Of a stretch of 64,000 bases of DNA, positions 20,194 through 29,328 are shown piece by piece. Numbering within the stretch: position 1 is the first letter of the stretch; each line of letters opens with the position of its first letter. The notes beneath the pieces were generated by a model. The model was not told the origin of the DNA and did not search any database. It worked only from the letters and a program-made list of their open reading frames with translations. Source of the stretch: a virus; IMG/VR virus record IMGVR_UViG_3300020446_000009, positions 4,560 to 68,559 of that record. The stretch is one strand, 5' to 3'. The position numbers were made by a program, and so were the translations under genes.

Positions 20194-23100
20194 TTATAAA
20201 ACCTCTCTGTCTTTAAAATTTATATTAGCAAATTTTTCGTAATCTTGTAAACTTCTTTTATCACCTAAATTATATTTACCTAAATCCCCATTTTGTTCAA
20301 CTAGCATTTTAAGTCTATTTACAGCTACAGTATGTTTTTCATGATGGTTTTTAAAAGTATTTATATGTTTAGCGGGTGTTTCTGGGTGAATACGATGCCA
20401 AGCTAATATTTTAGTAGGTAAATATATATCATATCCGGAAGTATAAGACCTTAAAGCTAAAGCAAATTCTTCTCCTGTATAATAATGTTCAGGATCTTGT
20501 TCTATTTCTTGTACCCATTTTCCCCAACTAAAAATAAATCCACCATATAGTAAAGATACATTTTGGTTAACTTCATTTGTAGATCTTTCATCTTGATAAC
20601 CACCATAAATTGGCCAATATTGATCTGTTAAACGTCGAAATGTAGGCACATTTAAAACAGTAGGGTTATTTAAATGAGTAAATTCATAATCAATTCCCTT
20701 ATCATCATCCCTATGATAACCTGGAGGAAGAAATGATATTAAAGGATTAGGAGATTTATTAAGTAATTCATTAAATTCTTGAATTATAGTTTTATCCCAA
20801 TTTTGTAAAAATCTAGTATGGGCATCTACTTGAAGACTATATTTTTCCCCATTATAAAATTGTTGAGAAATATTACGAGCCCAACACCCTCCTTCAGATT
20901 CTGTCCAATCAAATTTTGATAATTTAATATTATATTTTTGAACTAAATCATCTAATATATTTTCAGAAGTATTAGGAGTGGAATTATCATACTGCATACA
21001 TACTCCAAAATATAAATTTTCAGGGGATGAAGACTTATTAATGCAATCTAAAATTGTATGTCTAATTTCATAATCTTTAAAAGATGCTATAGATACAAAT
21101 ATAGTAGAATCTGATATATTTTGAATAGGGGGTTTTTTAAATTCAAAACCTAAAAAATTTTCTAAATCATGAAGAGATCTAACATAAGAAGGATCTTTAG
21201 CAAATAATATTTTATTTAGTTCTTCTACTGAATTATCGTCTAAAATAGGATTTTGGAAATTATTGGGTGTTCTATAAGGTATATCTTTTTTAGTTTTATA
21301 ATTATAATTATGCCATATAGTAGCTTCAGAAGCTACTTTTGGATTCCATCCCTTTAAAAAAGAAAGATAGGTAGCAGTATCTTCTTCACCACTAAAAACC
21401 ATACGTTCTGGGATTTGTACTTCTTTTAACCAATCTGCTTTAACAAAAGTAAATCCTGCAGTAACCCATTTAGTATCCTTTACTTCATAATTTTTTAAAG
21501 ATGGAAGATTTTCCGCTTGACATCTATTATCTATTGGATCATCTGGGTGGATGAATTTTTTAATTTTTAAAGGAGTATTATAAGGTAATTTTAAATATTT
21601 TTTTGTTGGATCCGGAACATCAAAATTATTAGGATAAGTTGTTAAAATAACTTTAGGTTCATTTATACTATTATACTGGTGTATTAGAATTAAGTCCCAA
21701 TTTTCTTTAAATCTAGAATGAGAATCTATATTTAAAAAATAAGATTCATTTGTAAATTTTTCTTTAATCCTATTTCTAGCCCAAACTACGCCTTTAGTAT
21801 CTTCCCAATGAATATATATTAACTCTAAATTAGGATAATTTAATTCTAATAATTCATGATAAACATCTATTTCATCTTGTACACATACTACTACTTTTAC
21901 TTTATTGGGGTTAGATACTTCTTCATATAAACTTTTTAAAGTATCAAATATTTGACTATCTCTGTAACTGGCTATAGAAACAAAGGTTATATCATTATTA
22001 AATTTACTTACATCTAAATATTCTCTACACCAATTATGTCTTGCTTCGGGATCATTTATATAATAATCTTTATGGATATGAGTAATAGGTTTTGTATTTA
22101 TATAAAATTTTTTATCTATTATATCATTCATAAAACTTCTAATTTTATAAACATAAGTAGATAAAGTAGAATTATCATTACCTATAAATGATAAACCACG
22201 AGAACATATAAGTTGTTCAATAAGTGGAATCCAATTTATATTTATATTTTTAAATTTTAGTTGTTGTTCTAAATCATTGTAAAAAATTAATTCATACCCA
22301 TATTCTTCTAAATTTGAAAAATAGTTTTTATCTTCTAAATCAGTAGCAATATATAGTTTACTATTCTTAGGAATTATATCCTTAATATTATTTAAAAGTT
22401 GTTCGGGACTAATAAATAAATCTTTATATTGAAAATCATTTCTTCTTATATGCATTGAATAATATGATTTATCTCCTAATAAATTTATAAACTGCCAGGC
22501 AATATCCCTTAATTTGTTTTTATATACTACATACTTACCAATAAGTTGTTTTAATGAAGTTTCATGTTTAGTATAAAAAGATAAATAAAAATTACCTAAT
22601 AAATTTTCATTTAAATATATAATTTTTGAATTATCAAATATTGTTTCAGATTTTAATTCTTTTCTTCCTTTTAGGAATTTTTGAGGGATAGGAATTTTTT
22701 CAAAATTAATTACATGTTGAACTGCATCATAATTTAATACTTTACTTACTTTTTTTAATTCATCTAAATTATGTTCTATTTTATGGATATCACATAATTC
22801 TTCAAAAGATATATGTTTAATTCCTAAATTTTCTACTTCAAAGTAATCGGATAAATTACTTACACCTTCTGTAAGGTACATAGAATAAGAAGGGGGCAAT
22901 ACTAAGGTTCTATCTGTTAAATAGGATAAGCATATTGCTTGTTCAAAGGACATTCTAATATTATTAAAACCCCCTGACCATGGTTGGAAAAATAAATGTC
23001 CTTTACTACCTGTATAAAATTTAAATAAATATGGAAAATCCCATTTAGATTCATATATGTAATCTGTTCTTTCTTGATCGATATTAGATAATAAAATAGT

Positions 23101-23880
23101 ATCTGTTAAATTTCTAGCTTTATTTATTTCTATTTTTTGTGTAGGGGAATGGGTATAATCTTGTTTAAAAAATATTTTTTCTTTATCTATTGATTCTATA
23201 GCATTAGGATAATGTAATATTTTACTTATAGTTTGAGAATTATTTTTGTTCCAAATTGTACATCTTCCTAAATTGTCTTCTAATATAAATTTTACATTAT
23301 TTTTTTCTAACGCGTAATGTAAGCCCCACATTTCAGCTTCCCATTTACTAGTTTTTTTTCTAATAGCTATACAAATTTGCTTATAATCATTAATTATTTT
23401 TTTTAAAGTATAAAAAGTAATAGCAAAAGGATACATTATTCCATATTCATCTTCTTGAATTGTTTTTGTATCTTTAGTTAAAGCAGTAAAATTAATCCAT
23501 CTTTGACCTATTACTTCATTATGATTAGGATATAAATTAACAGGTTCTAAAAAAACCATATCAGGATCTAAAAATAATAATCTATCTGAGGGTTTAAATT
23601 TTTTATGTTTACATAACCAACTAATAGATTCATATTTATTTGGTATTCCACCCCACCACTTACCATCTTTAATTTCCCATTCTTTAGCCCAATCCGGAAG
23701 TTCAATTACTTCTACATTAGGAAATGTAAAATCTATAATTTCTTTATTGTGATTGTGGTCAAAGGAAGATAAAAATATAATTTTACCTTTTTGTTTAACT
23801 TTATCAGCTGACCATTTAAGTAACTGTAATTGCCATTTTTGGTAAAGACATTTACTTGTGCTTACAATTATATAATCCAT
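20194..23880 (-). CDS. Four-domain glycosyltransferase: GT95/GT96-like (HPAT/SERGT), O-fucosyltransferase-like, two GT60-like (Gnt1 Hyp/polypeptide GlcNAc transferase) domains
   Basis: aa 1-270: YQKWQ, NKYESISWL, FLDPDMVF, WEAEMWG. aa about 300-600: GGFNNIRM, RTLVLPP, MHIRRNDF, LYIATD, IEQLICSR...STLS. aa about 630 and 925: FVSIASY/F(R/K)D, IDSHSRF/VDAHTRF..WD, F/Y-S/T-GEE. Confidence 0.8.
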   Translation of the reverse strand: MDYIIVSTSKCLYQKWQLQLLKWSADKVKQKGKIIFLSSFDHNHNKEIIDFTFPNVEVIELPDWAKEWEIKDGKWWGGIPNKYESISWLCKHKKFKPSDRLLFLDPDMVFLEPVNLYPNHNEVIGQRWINFTALTKDTKTIQEDEYGIMYPFAITFYTLKKIINDYKQICIAIRKKTSKWEAEMWGLHYALEKNNVKFILEDNLGRCTIWNKNNSQTISKILHYPNAIESIDKEKIFFKQDYTHSPTQKIEINKARNLTDTILLSNIDQERTDYIYESKWDFPYLFKFYTGSKGHLFFQPWSGGFNNIRMSFEQAICLSYLTDRTLVLPPSYSMYLTEGVSNLSDYFEVENLGIKHISFEELCDIHKIEHNLDELKKVSKVLNYDAVQHVINFEKIPIPQKFLKGRKELKSETIFDNSKIIYLNENLLGNFYLSFYTKHETSLKQLIGKYVVYKNKLRDIAWQFINLLGDKSYYSMHIRRNDFQYKDLFISPEQLLNNIKDIIPKNSKLYIATDLEDKNYFSNLEEYGYELIFYNDLEQQLKFKNININWIPLIEQLICSRGLSFIGNDNSTLSTYVYKIRSFMNDIIDKKFYINTKPITHIHKDYYINDPEARHNWCREYLDVSKFNNDITFVSIASYRDSQIFDTLKSLYEEVSNPNKVKVVVCVQDEIDVYHELLELNYPNLELIYIHWEDTKGVVWARNRIKEKFTNESYFLNIDSHSRFKENWDLILIHQYNSINEPKVILTTYPNNFDVPDPTKKYLKLPYNTPLKIKKFIHPDDPIDNRCQAENLPSLKNYEVKDTKWVTAGFTFVKADWLKEVQIPERMVFSGEEDTATYLSFLKGWNPKVASEATIWHNYNYKTKKDIPYRTPNNFQNPILDDNSVEELNKILFAKDPSYVRSLHDLENFLGFEFKKPPIQNISDSTIFVSIASFKDYEIRHTILDCINKSSSPENLYFGVCMQYDNSTPNTSENILDDLVQKYNIKLSKFDWTESEGGCWARNISQQFYNGEKYSLQVDAHTRFLQNWDKTIIQEFNELLNKSPNPLISFLPPGYHRDDDKGIDYEFTHLNNPTVLNVPTFRRLTDQYWPIYGGYQDERSTNEVNQNVSLLYGGFIFSWGKWVQEIEQDPEHYYTGEEFALALRSYTSGYDIYLPTKILAWHRIHPETPAKHINTFKNHHEKHTVAVNRLKMLVEQNGDLGKYNLGDKRSLQDYEKFANINFKDREVL

Positions 23881-23883
23881 TTA

Positions 23884-25134
23884 TTAAGGTTGATACGCCC
23901 AATCTTTTAATTTATAGTGTGCATAAAAATTTCTATAAAAAGTACCTTTAAAGGGATCGGGACGACCATGTAAACAGGTAGCTGATTCATATAAAATTAT
24001 ATCTCCAGGTTCAGCATATATTTTATGCCATTCCCCGTCATGTGATTGAAAGTGTAATGGCCAATCTTCAGGTTCTTTATCCGGGCCACAACCACAAGCT
24101 AAATTTTTATCTACTATTATAATAGAAGAAACATGGTGGGTTTCTAATCTATCTACATGATTTATTAAACTAGCTCCCCTTTTATAAGATCTTATACCAT
24201 ATAACATAGTAGGAATTAAAGGAACTTGAACCCATTGTTGATGGAATGGTAAAAGTTGTTGGTGAATTAATTCTCTAAGAGAAACTAAATTATCAAAGGA
24301 CATCATTTCACTACCATAACCCCCATCTGGTGTATTAATAACATCTTTTACTCCATTCCAATTTTCCTCTTGTATATTATTTTGTAATAATTTATAAGCA
24401 TCATTTATAATACCCCAAACTTGAGAAGGTAATTTTTCAACTTTAAAACCTACTTCATTAAGACGAGGTAAATCGTCTTTAGTTTTAAATATTTTTTGAT
24501 TAGGAGGTGGTATTGATACTACTTTATTAGAATTATTATTTTTCCAATGTTCTTGAGACAATCGATCATCTTCACACCCATCCCATTTTTTTTCTCTCCA
24601 CCAAGAAGTTATAATATATTTTTTTCCTTTTTTTACCTCAGTTCCTTCATGAAGCATATCATGTATAACCTGCCCATCAATCATATTAGGCCAATATATA
24701 GCTTTACCTATTTTAGGTTTAACACTAAAATTAAATTTTGGAAAATCTGTTTCTCCTCCTTCTTCAGGTATATTTAAATACACCATAAAAGTATGGGTTC
24801 TATTACCAGATGCTAAACAATGATTTATAAATGAATCTCCTTCAAAAAAATCTGTATGGGGTTTGAAGAATTGACCTGGTTCATATAATTGGCCTTGGAT
24901 TGATTCACCTCGATTTATATCAAGTCCTAATTTTTTTGCTATTCTTTTTTTAATTCTTTTTATTAAGGGATTTTGTTCAGGTAAGGAAGAAGTACTAGAT
25001 GTTCTAGTTTCTTCATATTGACTTTTATCATTTCCTCTACCAGCAACTGTAGAACGGGTGTGATTTGAATCAATCATTTTAATAATTGCTTCACAATCTT
25101 TTTTAGATAAAAAATTAGAGATTTGTTCAATCAT
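23884..25134 (-). CDS. Prolyl 4-hydroxylase fused to a second 2OG-Fe(II) oxygenase domain
   Basis: N-domain: NFLSKKDCEAII, RTSS, YEPGQFFKPHTDFF, RTHTFMVYLN, GGETDFP, HEGTEVKKGKKY. C-domain: GIRSY, HVDR, EPGDIILYES, HGRP. Confidence 0.85.
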   Translation of the reverse strand: MIEQISNFLSKKDCEAIIKMIDSNHTRSTVAGRGNDKSQYEETRTSSTSSLPEQNPLIKRIKKRIAKKLGLDINRGESIQGQLYEPGQFFKPHTDFFEGDSFINHCLASGNRTHTFMVYLNIPEEGGETDFPKFNFSVKPKIGKAIYWPNMIDGQVIHDMLHEGTEVKKGKKYIITSWWREKKWDGCEDDRLSQEHWKNNNSNKVVSIPPPNQKIFKTKDDLPRLNEVGFKVEKLPSQVWGIINDAYKLLQNNIQEENWNGVKDVINTPDGGYGSEMMSFDNLVSLRELIHQQLLPFHQQWVQVPLIPTMLYGIRSYKRGASLINHVDRLETHHVSSIIIVDKNLACGCGPDKEPEDWPLHFQSHDGEWHKIYAEPGDIILYESATCLHGRPDPFKGTFYRNFYAHYKLKDWAYQP

Positions 25135-25152
25135 AACTTAGAATTTTATTTA

Positions 25153-25183
25153 ATAATATAATAACTTATTTTATTTACTCAAA
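25153..25183 (-). promoter_or_regulatory. Candidate Bacteroidota-type promoter for the P4H-GT-carbamoyltransferase operon
   Basis: Minus strand TTTG-N19-TATATTAT, 18 nt upstream of the P4H start. Confidence 0.45.
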
Positions 25184-25188
25184 GTAAT

Positions 25189-25446
25189 TTACAAACTACC
25201 TGAATAATCATTTATAACTTCATTTGTAATATCAATTGTGTCATAATGGTCAGTACCATATCCATAAGAACCAGATTCAAAAGACCCACTTGGAATTTTA
25301 ACTTCATTAATTGTATTTAAATGGCTATTAATAACAGCAGATTCTCCCTCTCCTGATATTGATATAGGATCTTCCCATGATACTATCGTATCATTATAAG
25401 AAGATGATATTAACCAATCATTAAAATCTAAAAAGCTTACTTCCAT
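25189..25446 (-). CDS. Small acidic hypothetical protein (likely virion accessory)
   Basis: 85 aa ORF in tandem with the Pro-rich gene; repeated SGS motifs. Confidence 0.5.
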   Translation of the reverse strand: MEVSFLDFNDWLISSSYNDTIVSWEDPISISGEGESAVINSHLNTINEVKIPSGSFESGSYGYGTDHYDTIDITNEVINDYSGSL

Positions 25447-25459
25447 ATTTTATTATTTT

Positions 25460-26284
25460 TTAACATCCTGAACATGGGATATACATATTTGATGCAGAAC
25501 CACCTGTATAAACAGTAATAGTATTATTTCGTACACATACATATGTAGTTGAAACATATGAAACTTGACTGTTCATGTATGTTCCATCACAACAAGTGTA
25601 AGCATACACTACATAACTTGAATATATACTTTTATTAACTTGATATCTGTAACATGTAACACTTGTTGGTGCTGGTGTTGGACTAGGTGTAACAGGTGCT
25701 GGTGTAGGACTTGGGGTAGGTGAAGGGGTTCCTACACAATCTGAACAACTATCATATTCAGCATAACCCGCATAATTTGGACTACTAGTTGAAGTAGAAT
25801 ATATTGTAGCACACCCAAAACCATAAACAAAAACAACAACCCCTGCATTTAAATTACCATCATAAGATAAGTTTCCGGATCCTCCACTACATCCATAAAA
25901 AGTATAACTAGCAATAGCTACAGGTGCAGGTGTAGGTGGTGGTGTAGCAGGTGATGGCGTTGGTGGGTTAGTTGGTGGATTTGTTACAGGTGGTGGTGTT
26001 GGTGGACTAGTTGGTGGACTTGTAGTTGGTGATGGAGTAGGTGGTGGTGTAACAGGTGATGGTGTTGGTGGATTAGTTGGAGGTGATGTTGGTGGAGGTG
26101 TAGGTGCATTTGTAGCAGTATTACAATTTCCTTGGTTAGAAAATTGAGTACCTGTCCAATATCTCCATATTGTACTATTACTGTAATAGCCTGATGGTCC
26201 AAGAGTACTACCACGCATATCGGCATATAGTTTAGTTGCTGTTGCTAAACTGCTACTATCAAGATAGAAATATTGGTTGGCCAT
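25460..26284 (-). CDS. Pro/Thr-rich (extensin-like) and Cys-rich virion protein
   Basis: About 65 aa PTPPPTSPPTNPPTPSP tract plus a second PTPSP tract between small Cys-bridged modules; late motif upstream. Confidence 0.75.
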   Translation of the reverse strand: MANQYFYLDSSSLATATKLYADMRGSTLGPSGYYSNSTIWRYWTGTQFSNQGNCNTATNAPTPPPTSPPTNPPTPSPVTPPPTPSPTTSPPTSPPTPPPVTNPPTNPPTPSPATPPPTPAPVAIASYTFYGCSGGSGNLSYDGNLNAGVVVFVYGFGCATIYSTSTSSPNYAGYAEYDSCSDCVGTPSPTPSPTPAPVTPSPTPAPTSVTCYRYQVNKSIYSSYVVYAYTCCDGTYMNSQVSYVSTTYVCVRNNTITVYTGGSASNMYIPCSGC

Positions 26285-26300
26285 TACTTATATAAATATT

Positions 26301-26456
26301 TTAAAATGTATAATTTTCAGTCATATTATTCTCATTATAAAATTCTACTAATGCATCAAAATCAATATTTTCTTTAGTAGCTCCTTCACAGTGTGCAATT
26401 ATTTTATCTGCCTCACTTTTCATAAATGGTGATAAATCTTCGTACGTTAGTGGCAT
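26301..26456 (-). CDS. Small hypothetical protein (51 aa; not in ORF track)
   Basis: MPLTYEDLSPFMKSEADKIIAHCEGATKENIDFDALVEFYNENNMTENYTF*; tiles the gap between genes. Confidence 0.55.
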   Translation of the reverse strand: MPLTYEDLSPFMKSEADKIIAHCEGATKENIDFDALVEFYNENNMTENYTF

Positions 26457-26461
26457 TTTTA

Positions 26462-26581
26462 TTAATTTTTATTTTTTAAATATTCATCTATGTCAAAAGA
26501 TTCTATTGGCATTCCCATTGACCCACATATTACACTTATTTCTGTTTGTAATTCTTCTGATAATTCTTCAAATTTTGTCAT
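26462..26581 (-). CDS. Small hypothetical protein (39 aa; not in ORF track)
   Basis: MTKFEELSEELQTEISVICGSMGMPIESFDIDEYLKNKN*; tiles the gap and resembles the next ORF. Confidence 0.5.
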   Translation of the reverse strand: MTKFEELSEELQTEISVICGSMGMPIESFDIDEYLKNKN

Positions 26582-26594
26582 AATTATTTTATAT

Positions 26595-29327
26595 TTAATC
26601 TGTTCTTAAATAATAAGTTACCCCATCAACCATACTAACACCCGAAACTGATATGTAAGCAAATCTTTCAGGGGTAATAGTAGATCCAGTTCCATTATTA
26701 TCCACATATGAGTTTGATAAACTTAAAGTAGCTGACCATCTTCCTTCTTGTCCTAAACTATTAGTAATAACTTTGTTTGAAAATGATGTAGATCCTGGAT
26801 CAGTACCACTACTAGAAGAAATTGCCATAAAAAATCCAAAAGAATTTGTAATAAATTGAGTTAGAAGTAAATGATTAACATTTCCAGCTCCTCTTAATCC
26901 TTGTCCTAATACAACTACAGGAAATCCTCCACCAAGATAAGCACAATCAGTTCCCGATAAATTTACCATTGTAGTTGTTGGGCCTAATCCTTGACCATAT
27001 ACATTCCAAGCAGGGTTACAAGGAATTGATGCATCAGCAAAAATACTTCCATGGTGGAATCCTGGTTGAATACCATTTGTTTGTTGGAATAACCCAGGGG
27101 CAGTGTAAGTTGATCTCCAAAATATGGTTCCTGCCCTAAATACCCAACCATTAAATCCAATAAAATTATTATAATCCTCACATGCTTGGTTAATATTATA
27201 TTGTGTGGTTCCTAAATTCATTAGGTAAAGTCCAGATGTAGGAGATGGAGTTGTAAGGGTCCCTACATTAACAGGTGGGGGTGTTGGTGGAGATGTAGGT
27301 GGTTGAGTTGGAGGGAAAATAACTCCAGGAGTAGCACCCGTACAATTTCCTAAAAATGTTACACTTGCTCCAGGAGTATTTATTGTTGGTTTAACACGTG
27401 TACAAACTGGATCTGTATCCCCACCATCTACACTTCTAGTTTGGGTATTACCATCACAATCAATATAACTAAATGTAGATACTGCGTCATGTTTAGCTTC
27501 TAATTCATATTCATAACAAGTAAATCCTAAACAAATTGGATCATTACAATTACCTCCTACTACAACTCCTGCAATATCATAAGGAACTGCATTGGTAGAA
27601 GTACCAGTAATTGTACCACATATTGTAGTACCAAAAAGTTCAAATTTTATAAGGTCTCCATTACTATAGGGTCCTGCATATTGATCATTTGTAGTAACAT
27701 GATATGTACCACCTCCACTACAACCACTTATTTCATATTTGTAAATAGTAGTTCCTGTTGGAGCAGGAGTTGGGGGTACAGTTGGAGCAGGAGTTGGTGG
27801 GTTTGGAGTATCACAAGTACCACTTGCTCCAAAAAACTGCCCATCCCAATATCTCCAATTATTACCTAAACTTATATATTGTGCGGGAACCGAACCTAAT
27901 GGGGGTATTGCATTATAATATACATTATTAGCTAATGTCCAATCGGCATTATCAAAATATAATCTTTGTTTAAAAACTGTAGTTCCAGGGGAATTTCTTG
28001 TACAAGCAGCATCGGCAGTATCTCCTTGATAAACATCAGTCTCTGTAAGATCAGAATCATATCCACATGTAATTATAACATTAACAGCATCACTTATAGG
28101 ATCAGATGGGTCAGCTGCCCCACCATAAACTCGTATTTGTCTACCTGTGGAAGAATTATAATCAAAATTATCTCTTTTTAAACTTAAATCATTTAATCTA
28201 TTACCCCATGGACCACTATAATTAGCAAAACCCATCCATCCTGAATCATAAACTGTACCACTATCATCTATTACAGTAACTCTATTAGGTCTTTCAAATG
28301 ATTCAATTTGAATACGATTGGCATATTGAGTATCTGAAGAAGGTATATCTACAGGATCATAAATTATATAGTTCATACTAGAACTATAAAAATCTAAATG
28401 AGAACTAGAGGTACAACTGTAAGTTCTATTAGTTGATGATATAGGTGCTGGAGTAGGTGGTCTAGTAGGTGGTGAAGTTGGAGGTGGAGTTGGTGGTCCT
28501 GTAGGAGGAGATGTAGGAGGTGGGGTAGGTGCATCATATATATTATTATCTGAACTACAAGGACCTAAATTTTCTATTACTACATCTTGATTTACAGTTA
28601 AATTATTTTGATCCTGACAAAATGTTATATTGGGCATGTACTCAATATTAAAATAACCAGACCCATGAGCTCGGGTTGGGGTATCAGAAGAACAAACTTC
28701 CATAGCATAATCAGGGAAAACTTCGGTTTCAAGTGTTGCTCCCGTTAAACAATCAGTATGACTTACATATAAAGAATCAGTTAAATCATAATTTTCAACA
28801 TAAAAAGTGTGACAAGGTAATTGATAACTACTAGTTATACCTTGAGCAGTTCCATCTTTAGCACAAAAAGGACCAAAGGTCCCAAATTTACCTATTTGTT
28901 CTACTCTATATGAACCATCAGTAGCAGTACATGGTACATATCTTACTTGACCATCATTACCATTATTATCATATGCTCTATATATAGTACAAGGTTCAGC
29001 AGTAACCGGTGCAGGAGTAGGAGCTTGAGTTGGTGGTGATGTAGGTGGTGAAGTTGGTGGATCAGGAGTTGAAACAGGAGCAGGTGTAGGAGCAGGGGTT
29101 ACAGGATAATTTCTATATTGTATAGATTCTGATACATGGCTTAAACTAGTTATATAACCAGCAAAATCGGGGTCAAAAAATTCTTGATCTGAATTAGATA
29201 TTAAACCAGTAAATGTGGTTTGTCCATCAACATTATCTCCTCCTTGTTTAATACCTCCAGCAATAGATTTTTCATCATCCGCTGATGATGAGTACATATC
29301 AAAATTTCCTCCTACTGGTACACCCAT
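26595..29327 (-). CDS. Large Pro/Thr-linker, Cys-rich modular virion protein (fibre/adhesin)
   Basis: Four PTxPPT tracts separating Cys-rich beta modules; follows an S74-type fibre gene. Confidence 0.75.
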   Translation of the reverse strand: MGVPVGGNFDMYSSSADDEKSIAGGIKQGGDNVDGQTTFTGLISNSDQEFFDPDFAGYITSLSHVSESIQYRNYPVTPAPTPAPVSTPDPPTSPPTSPPTQAPTPAPVTAEPCTIYRAYDNNGNDGQVRYVPCTATDGSYRVEQIGKFGTFGPFCAKDGTAQGITSSYQLPCHTFYVENYDLTDSLYVSHTDCLTGATLETEVFPDYAMEVCSSDTPTRAHGSGYFNIEYMPNITFCQDQNNLTVNQDVVIENLGPCSSDNNIYDAPTPPPTSPPTGPPTPPPTSPPTRPPTPAPISSTNRTYSCTSSSHLDFYSSSMNYIIYDPVDIPSSDTQYANRIQIESFERPNRVTVIDDSGTVYDSGWMGFANYSGPWGNRLNDLSLKRDNFDYNSSTGRQIRVYGGAADPSDPISDAVNVIITCGYDSDLTETDVYQGDTADAACTRNSPGTTVFKQRLYFDNADWTLANNVYYNAIPPLGSVPAQYISLGNNWRYWDGQFFGASGTCDTPNPPTPAPTVPPTPAPTGTTIYKYEISGCSGGGTYHVTTNDQYAGPYSNGDLIKFELFGTTICGTITGTSTNAVPYDIAGVVVGGNCNDPICLGFTCYEYELEAKHDAVSTFSYIDCDGNTQTRSVDGGDTDPVCTRVKPTINTPGASVTFLGNCTGATPGVIFPPTQPPTSPPTPPPVNVGTLTTPSPTSGLYLMNLGTTQYNINQACEDYNNFIGFNGWVFRAGTIFWRSTYTAPGLFQQTNGIQPGFHHGSIFADASIPCNPAWNVYGQGLGPTTTMVNLSGTDCAYLGGGFPVVVLGQGLRGAGNVNHLLLTQFITNSFGFFMAISSSSGTDPGSTSFSNKVITNSLGQEGRWSATLSLSNSYVDNNGTGSTITPERFAYISVSGVSMVDGVTYYLRTD

Positions 29328-29328
29328 T

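Noticed and set aside
18049-29327. Giant eukaryotic virus or eukaryotic contamination as the source of the P4H/GT genes
   Set aside because: Same AT-rich composition, tight operon packing and bacterial-type promoters as the flanking phage baseplate and fibre genes.
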